DNA of 64,000 bases from Candidatus Magasanikiibacteriota bacterium (GTDB taxonomy: Bacteria; Patescibacteriota; Patescibacteriia; Magasanikbacterales; GWA2-37-8): positions 1,013 through 65,012 of the forward strand of contig JACOYB010000005.1 of NCBI GenBank assembly GCA_016182085.1, read 5' to 3'. The translations under genes and the position numbers were made by a program. Each line of letters opens with the position of its first letter. Within the stretch, counting starts at the first letter, position 1. The notes under the pieces were generated by a model. That model was not told where the DNA came from. It saw nothing but the letters and a program-made list of their open reading frames with translations, and ran no database searches. Below, in pieces: positions 59,327 to 64,000 of the stretch.

Positions 59327-60184
59327 TTATTTTAGATAGTTGATTAGTAGCGCAATCGCCATTCTCACTTTTATTCCCATCCAGATTATTAGATTTAAAA
59401 TAATATTGTGTTGGTTATAAAAATGTTTTCTATAATACAGCCACATGGCTTCATAAAAATTGATAAGGGATTTTACCCAGCGTTTCCCGCTACTTTGGCC
59501 GCCAAAATGAATTATTTTTGCTTCACTAACATACACTGTTTTCCACCCTTTATCAAGTACCCGTTTGCAAAAATCGAGATCTTCCCCGTACATAAAGAAT
59601 GTCTCATCAAACCCGCCTATTTGCTCATACACAGCCTTGCGAAACATCATCGCCGCTCCTGATAGGGCCTGTGCCGGACCGGTAACTTCCGGATCAGCTA
59701 AATACTGTTTATAGTCGGTTACAAATTTACTATTTTTAAAAATTTTAGTCAGCCCAAATAAGTGAAAAAATGAGTTTGTCGGGTTGGGCAGCATGCGGCG
59801 GCAGACGTGTTGAAAAGTTAAATCCCTATTTAACAGCCTTGGGCCAACCATCATCACGTCCGCATGGGTATCTAAGTAATTCACTAATTTTTCTATGGCA
59901 TGATCCAGCACAACTACATCCGTATTTAAAAACATCAAATAATCGCCTTTGGCGATTTTCAACCCCTGATTATTGGCTTTGCCAAAACCGCGATTATCCG
60001 AATTTTCAATCAAAATAACTTGCGGAAATTCTTTTTTAATCATTTCCACGCTGCCATCTTGAGAGTTATTATCTACCACGATCACTTCAAATTCTATATT
60101 CCTAGTTTCTTTATAAATAGAAACAAGCGCATCCCTGGTTATATCCCGTGTTTTCCAATTCACCAAAATAACGGAGAGTTTCAT
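59327..60184 (-). CDS. GT2 glycosyltransferase (WbbL-like)
   Basis: [28 protein letters not shown]. Confidence 0.9.
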   Translation of the reverse strand: MKLSVILVNWKTRDITRDALVSIYKETRNIEFEVIVVDNNSQDGSVEMIKKEFPQVILIENSDNRGFGKANNQGLKIAKGDYLMFLNTDVVVLDHAIEKLVNYLDTHADVMMVGPRLLNRDLTFQHVCRRMLPNPTNSFFHLFGLTKIFKNSKFVTDYKQYLADPEVTGPAQALSGAAMMFRKAVYEQIGGFDETFFMYGEDLDFCKRVLDKGWKTVYVSEAKIIHFGGQSSGKRWVKSLINFYEAMWLYYRKHFYNQHNIILNLIIWMGIKVRMAIALLINYLK

Positions 60185-60300
60185 ATACGAAATGAGTGAG
60201 AGAAATAGCCGGTGAGATATTTATAACTCGCAAGCGGTTATAAATATTGAACCCGGATATTTCCGAGTGAATGAGTATATATGGGCTTTAGCCCATATAA
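60185..60300. repeat. Start-adjacent hairpin family copy with an extended stem
   Basis: ATACGAAATGAGTGAG...long stem...CGAGTGAATGAGTATAT + GGGCTTTAGCCC. Confidence 0.78.
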
Positions 60301-60319
60301 TCGAAATGAATAAATAAAA

Positions 60320-61288
60320 CTAGCATGGTTTAAATGTGATTTTGCCTGTTTTCCGCTCATAAACACCGACCGGCCAGCCAGACATTTTAGCAATATCACC
60401 AAAGGCCACAATGAAAGGCAATAAAATAAATCCAATAATTTTACCGGGCAAAGAAAATTTTTCGGAAAACACCAGCCATCTTTTGCCAAACTTTCTCATA
60501 TAATCAACTTGGCCAAGCAAAATTATTACCGCAAACCACCAGCTTACCGTGAGTGTTAAATACAAAAAAATCAAATTCAGGGAATAAAAAATATATCTGA
60601 CCATCTGACGATAAAACCACAGCTTGCCATGGCCATCGCTTCGGGTATAGCCAAACAACTGTTTAAAATACGCTTTTAAATTTGTGCGCGGACGCCAGAA
60701 AACCAAGGCTTCGCGCACATATTCGGGCTTTATTCCGGATTTAAAAATCTTAAGATCAAAAACCACGTCTTCGCAGAGCGGAATCCACTGCGGATAGCCG
60801 CCGACTTTCTGCCACACATCTTTTTTAAAAGCTACAGATCGGCTAGAAGGCAGCCAATCACGCTTAAACTCAATGGGGGCTGGAATTGTGGCCGCCGCTA
60901 TTAGTCGTGTTAATAAATTGTCGTGTTCTTTAAACCACGGGCCAAAGCCGGTTGCCGCAAACATACTCCGACCTGACAGGAGCGGTTCGGTAATTTTTTT
61001 AAACCAGTCTTTATCGTAATTGCACCCGGCATCAGTCACTACAATTATATCACCCGCTGCCTTGGAGATCGCAAAGTTTCTTCCCATTGATATATTACCG
61101 GGGTGTTGCCATACGTTAATTATGGCATGTTCTTTGCTTTTTTTCTGAAGCATTTCCCACGTACCATCGGTGGAACCGCCATCAACAATAATTACCTCGT
61201 CCGGCAAAACATTTTGAGATAAAATACCATCCAGCCAATCCGGCAAATTGTGCTGTTCGTTCAAAACAGTGGCTACTAATGAAACCAT
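60320..61288 (-). CDS. GT2 glycosyltransferase with C-terminal TMs
   Basis: VDGGSTDGT, GRNFAI, TDAG, CEDVVF. Confidence 0.9.
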   Translation of the reverse strand: MVSLVATVLNEQHNLPDWLDGILSQNVLPDEVIIVDGGSTDGTWEMLQKKSKEHAIINVWQHPGNISMGRNFAISKAAGDIIVVTDAGCNYDKDWFKKITEPLLSGRSMFAATGFGPWFKEHDNLLTRLIAAATIPAPIEFKRDWLPSSRSVAFKKDVWQKVGGYPQWIPLCEDVVFDLKIFKSGIKPEYVREALVFWRPRTNLKAYFKQLFGYTRSDGHGKLWFYRQMVRYIFYSLNLIFLYLTLTVSWWFAVIILLGQVDYMRKFGKRWLVFSEKFSLPGKIIGFILLPFIVAFGDIAKMSGWPVGVYERKTGKITFKPC

Positions 61289-61292
61289 ACAA

Positions 61293-62168
61293 TTATAATT
61301 TTTCTTTAAATTTTTTTACAAAGATGCTGATACTCCCGAATAAAAACACTTCCGCCATAATCGCAAAACGTCGCCAGCCAGTATAATTTTTTTTCACAAA
61401 TTTAATCAGGCTTTCTTGAAATAATTGCAATCTTCTAGGATCGTATTTTGTCTTGAAACTGCCGCCATACACATGCATTACCGGTTCGCAATTAATCGCC
61501 TGTATTTTCCAACCGGCCTTTTTCATGCGATAGCACATGTCCGTCTCCTCAAAATACATAAAGTAATCCTCCGGCATAAGACCCACTTCATCCAGCGCTT
61601 TTCTGCGAAGCAAAGACGCGGCCCCAGTGACATAATCCAAATCAAGAGCTTTGTCAGGTAGAGGCCGCGGAAAAACAGCTATGGATTTTAATTGGCGGCG
61701 CCATGATTTGGGAATAAAAAATACAAATGGCAATAAGTAATAAAACACATTCGCAATCGATGGAAAATAACCGCCTACGGACTGAAATTCTCTCGTAGGA
61801 TAGACCATCTGCGGGCCGAGCGCGCCTACTTCCGGGTGTTGTTCCATATATTCTAACAACTGTTGCAGGCTGTGTTTGCCGGTTTCCGTATCGCTATTTA
61901 ACAGCCAAACATATGGCTGATTGACATACGTTTTAATACCCAAATTATTGCCTTTGGCAAAACCCAAGTTTTCTTTACTTTCAATAAGCAGAACGTGCGG
62001 AAATTCTTCCTTTATCATTTGGGCGCTGCCGTCTTGGGAATTATTATCTACCACAATAACTTGTTCCGGCAGTCTACTCGAATTATACAAGGCCTGAAGC
62101 GCCTTGCGAGTAAGATCTTTTGTGTTAAAGCTCACGATAATTACTGAAACGGGGAGTTTATTTTCCAT
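61293..62168 (-). CDS. GT2 glycosyltransferase
   Basis: [30 protein letters not shown]. Confidence 0.9.
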   Translation of the reverse strand: MENKLPVSVIIVSFNTKDLTRKALQALYNSSRLPEQVIVVDNNSQDGSAQMIKEEFPHVLLIESKENLGFAKGNNLGIKTYVNQPYVWLLNSDTETGKHSLQQLLEYMEQHPEVGALGPQMVYPTREFQSVGGYFPSIANVFYYLLPFVFFIPKSWRRQLKSIAVFPRPLPDKALDLDYVTGAASLLRRKALDEVGLMPEDYFMYFEETDMCYRMKKAGWKIQAINCEPVMHVYGGSFKTKYDPRRLQLFQESLIKFVKKNYTGWRRFAIMAEVFLFGSISIFVKKFKEKL

Positions 62169-62214
62169 AACTTCTAAAACTTAGAAGATTTAGTGTTTTA
62201 AGTTTGGCATCTTT

Positions 62215-64000
62215 TTACTCCTTAGTCAACAAATAAACCTCATATTTATACTCATAGCTTTGTCTACCGGTAATCCTTTGCTTTAATTGTAGCAGGGTTT
62301 TATCTATAGGTACGGACTTAAACTGGCTGCTCATAACAAACCCTTCGGGAATTTTATCTTCGGCAGTTGCAGATGGATAGGCGCTATCGCCATCAGACCC
62401 GGTCGCAAAAAACCAAAATCGTTCGCCTGTATCAAATTTTACGGGTGGCAAATTATATATGAAAACTGGTTTTAAATTTTTAAAATAACTATTTTTATAA
62501 AAATTATATACGCCAATATTTGCATCGCCATTAATAATCAAATAATCGCCCGCTCTGGAATTGCTTTCCACGAACTCAAAAGATTTAAAACTATTAAAGT
62601 AGCTGCCATTTAGATAATTTGTTGATCCGTAGAAATTTTGCAGTCCGTACATTGATATTCCGGTTATAGCCGCTACTACCAGCCATTTGATTTTAAAATT
62701 TTCTATTTGCCAAATAAGGGCGCTTATTAAAATAATAAACAACGGAAAAGCCGCGAAAGCGTATTTTGGGAAAACTATAAAATTATATCTTGGATCAGCG
62801 TAATTGAGGAAGGTGGTATTTAAAATAACTAACGAAAAAAATAAATATAATAACAGGTTGAAGTTGGGCGATAATTTTTTCTTATAAACGCCTCTGATCA
62901 AAACAAACAAAAGCCCCCCAGCCGCTAAAACGCCGGCTGCAAAAGGCGCCACATTCCACGGAAAAATATTTTCACCGAAAAAATAGGCATAAAAATGCAT
63001 GGAAAAATCGGCCAGCCTGTCCGTAAGCGATCCGCCAAGCAGCCCTTCTTTTTCAAACCCCTTATCATTTTGATGAAAAACTCGCAGATAAAATAAATAA
63101 ACTATCGGCAAAAATAGAGCCGCGACCGCCAGCTGGCCGCTCACCCATTTTTTAATCCCAAAAACATCAAACTTTTTTATTAATTTTTTATAAAAATAAA
63201 ATAAGTTAGTAATGACTGTCAAATAAATAAAGTGCGGTAAATCCGTATACGCCACCAGCAGCGCCAAGACTAAAAATTTTATAAAATATTTTTTATTATA
63301 GCCTTCTATAAAAATTTTAGAGAAATAATATAAACTTGCCAAAGTCAAAAACGCGGCTAAACTATGATACCTGGCCATCTGTGAAATCAAAATAAAGTAA
63401 GAAGAAATTATTGTTAAAAACATGGCTAATCGGGCCACAGACTTATTTTTAAACAATAAAATTGAAAAGCTATAAACCAGAGCTGTTATCCCCAAACCTG
63501 ATAATACCGAAACCAGCCGAATTCCAAATTCGCCCCATGGCGCTATTTTATATAAAGCAATCACTAAAAAATAATATAAAGGAGGGTGGTTGTCCGGAGT
63601 GCGAAAATACTGAACTATAAAATCAAACGGATTTGGAGTTAGATACATATACTCTAAGACCGCCGTTTCATCCATCCAGAACGTTCTCGCCCCTACTCTA
63701 TACAAAAGTAAACCCGCGGCAAAAATAAACAGCAATAGAAAATAAAGCCTATCTTTAGAAGTTGTAAAATATTGATATAGCCTATAGCAAGCGTATTTAA
63801 CTAATTGCCCAAAAAATAACAGGTACTCTGCATAATTTAACTTGGAAGCGCTGAATTTACGCATTCTAAAGACAAATGGAACTTCTTTTACCTTAGAAAA
63901 TTTACCTTTGACCAATATTTCCAATAAAATTTTATAGCCTTTGGTCTTTAAATCAACACCTTCAATCACTTTTTTATTAAGGAAAAAGTATCCGCTGAGC
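62215..64000 (-). CDS. Polyprenol-P-sugar synthase (DPM1-like) C-terminus fused to a GT-C/PMT-like membrane glycosyltransferase; 5' part outside the window
   Basis: Frame open to the edge: LSGYFF..GYKILLEIL..EVPFVF..R..SKL, then FWMDE, HPPLYY, RLVS, ARYH and many TMs. Confidence 0.8.
   Translation of the reverse strand, partial: LSGYFFLNKKVIEGVDLKTKGYKILLEILVKGKFSKVKEVPFVFRMRKFSASKLNYAEYLLFFGQLVKYACYRLYQYFTTSKDRLYFLLLFIFAAGLLLYRVGARTFWMDETAVLEYMYLTPNPFDFIVQYFRTPDNHPPLYYFLVIALYKIAPWGEFGIRLVSVLSGLGITALVYSFSILLFKNKSVARLAMFLTIISSYFILISQMARYHSLAAFLTLASLYYFSKIFIEGYNKKYFIKFLVLALLVAYTDLPHFIYLTVITNLFYFYKKLIKKFDVFGIKKWVSGQLAVAALFLPIVYLFYLRVFHQNDKGFEKEGLLGGSLTDRLADFSMHFYAYFFGENIFPWNVAPFAAGVLAAGGLLFVLIRGVYKKKLSPNFNLLLYLFFSLVILNTTFLNYADPRYNFIVFPKYAFAAFPLFIILISALIWQIENFKIKWLVVAAITGISMYGLQNFYGSTNYLNGSYFNSFKSFEFVESNSRAGDYLIINGDANIGVYNFYKNSYFKNLKPVFIYNLPPVKFDTGERFWFFATGSDGDSAYPSATAEDKIPEGFVMSSQFKSVPIDKTLLQLKQRITGRQSYEYKYEVYLLTKE

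Overview
The window looks like a Patescibacteria/CPR chromosome (inferred from ~40% GC, AU-rich starts without Shine-Dalgarno (SD) sites, archaeal-type PyrH and PGI/PMI, alpha2 GlyRS). Left end: a ~10.6 kb island at the 3' end of tRNA-Trp carries a large serine recombinase, a type I R-M system with a TIR + TM-Macro (Thoeris type II-like) pair and dinD nested inside it, and three related att-like sites, one of them inverted. Next come a tRNA cluster with rpmG, housekeeping genes, a glyQS locus with a miniature T-box riboswitch and an antisense ncRNA, a two-component/cohesin/dockerin block, mreB, rplJL, rpmB, tRNA-Pro, and a large glycan region (rml, GT2s, ugd, uxs, GT-C). Among these sit three self-contained SD-led orphan cassettes (two clearly GC-rich) whose 5' and 3' flanks can pair around the ORF, and a hairpin repeat family abutting start codons. 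All calls come from reading sequence and motifs by eye; no searches were run.
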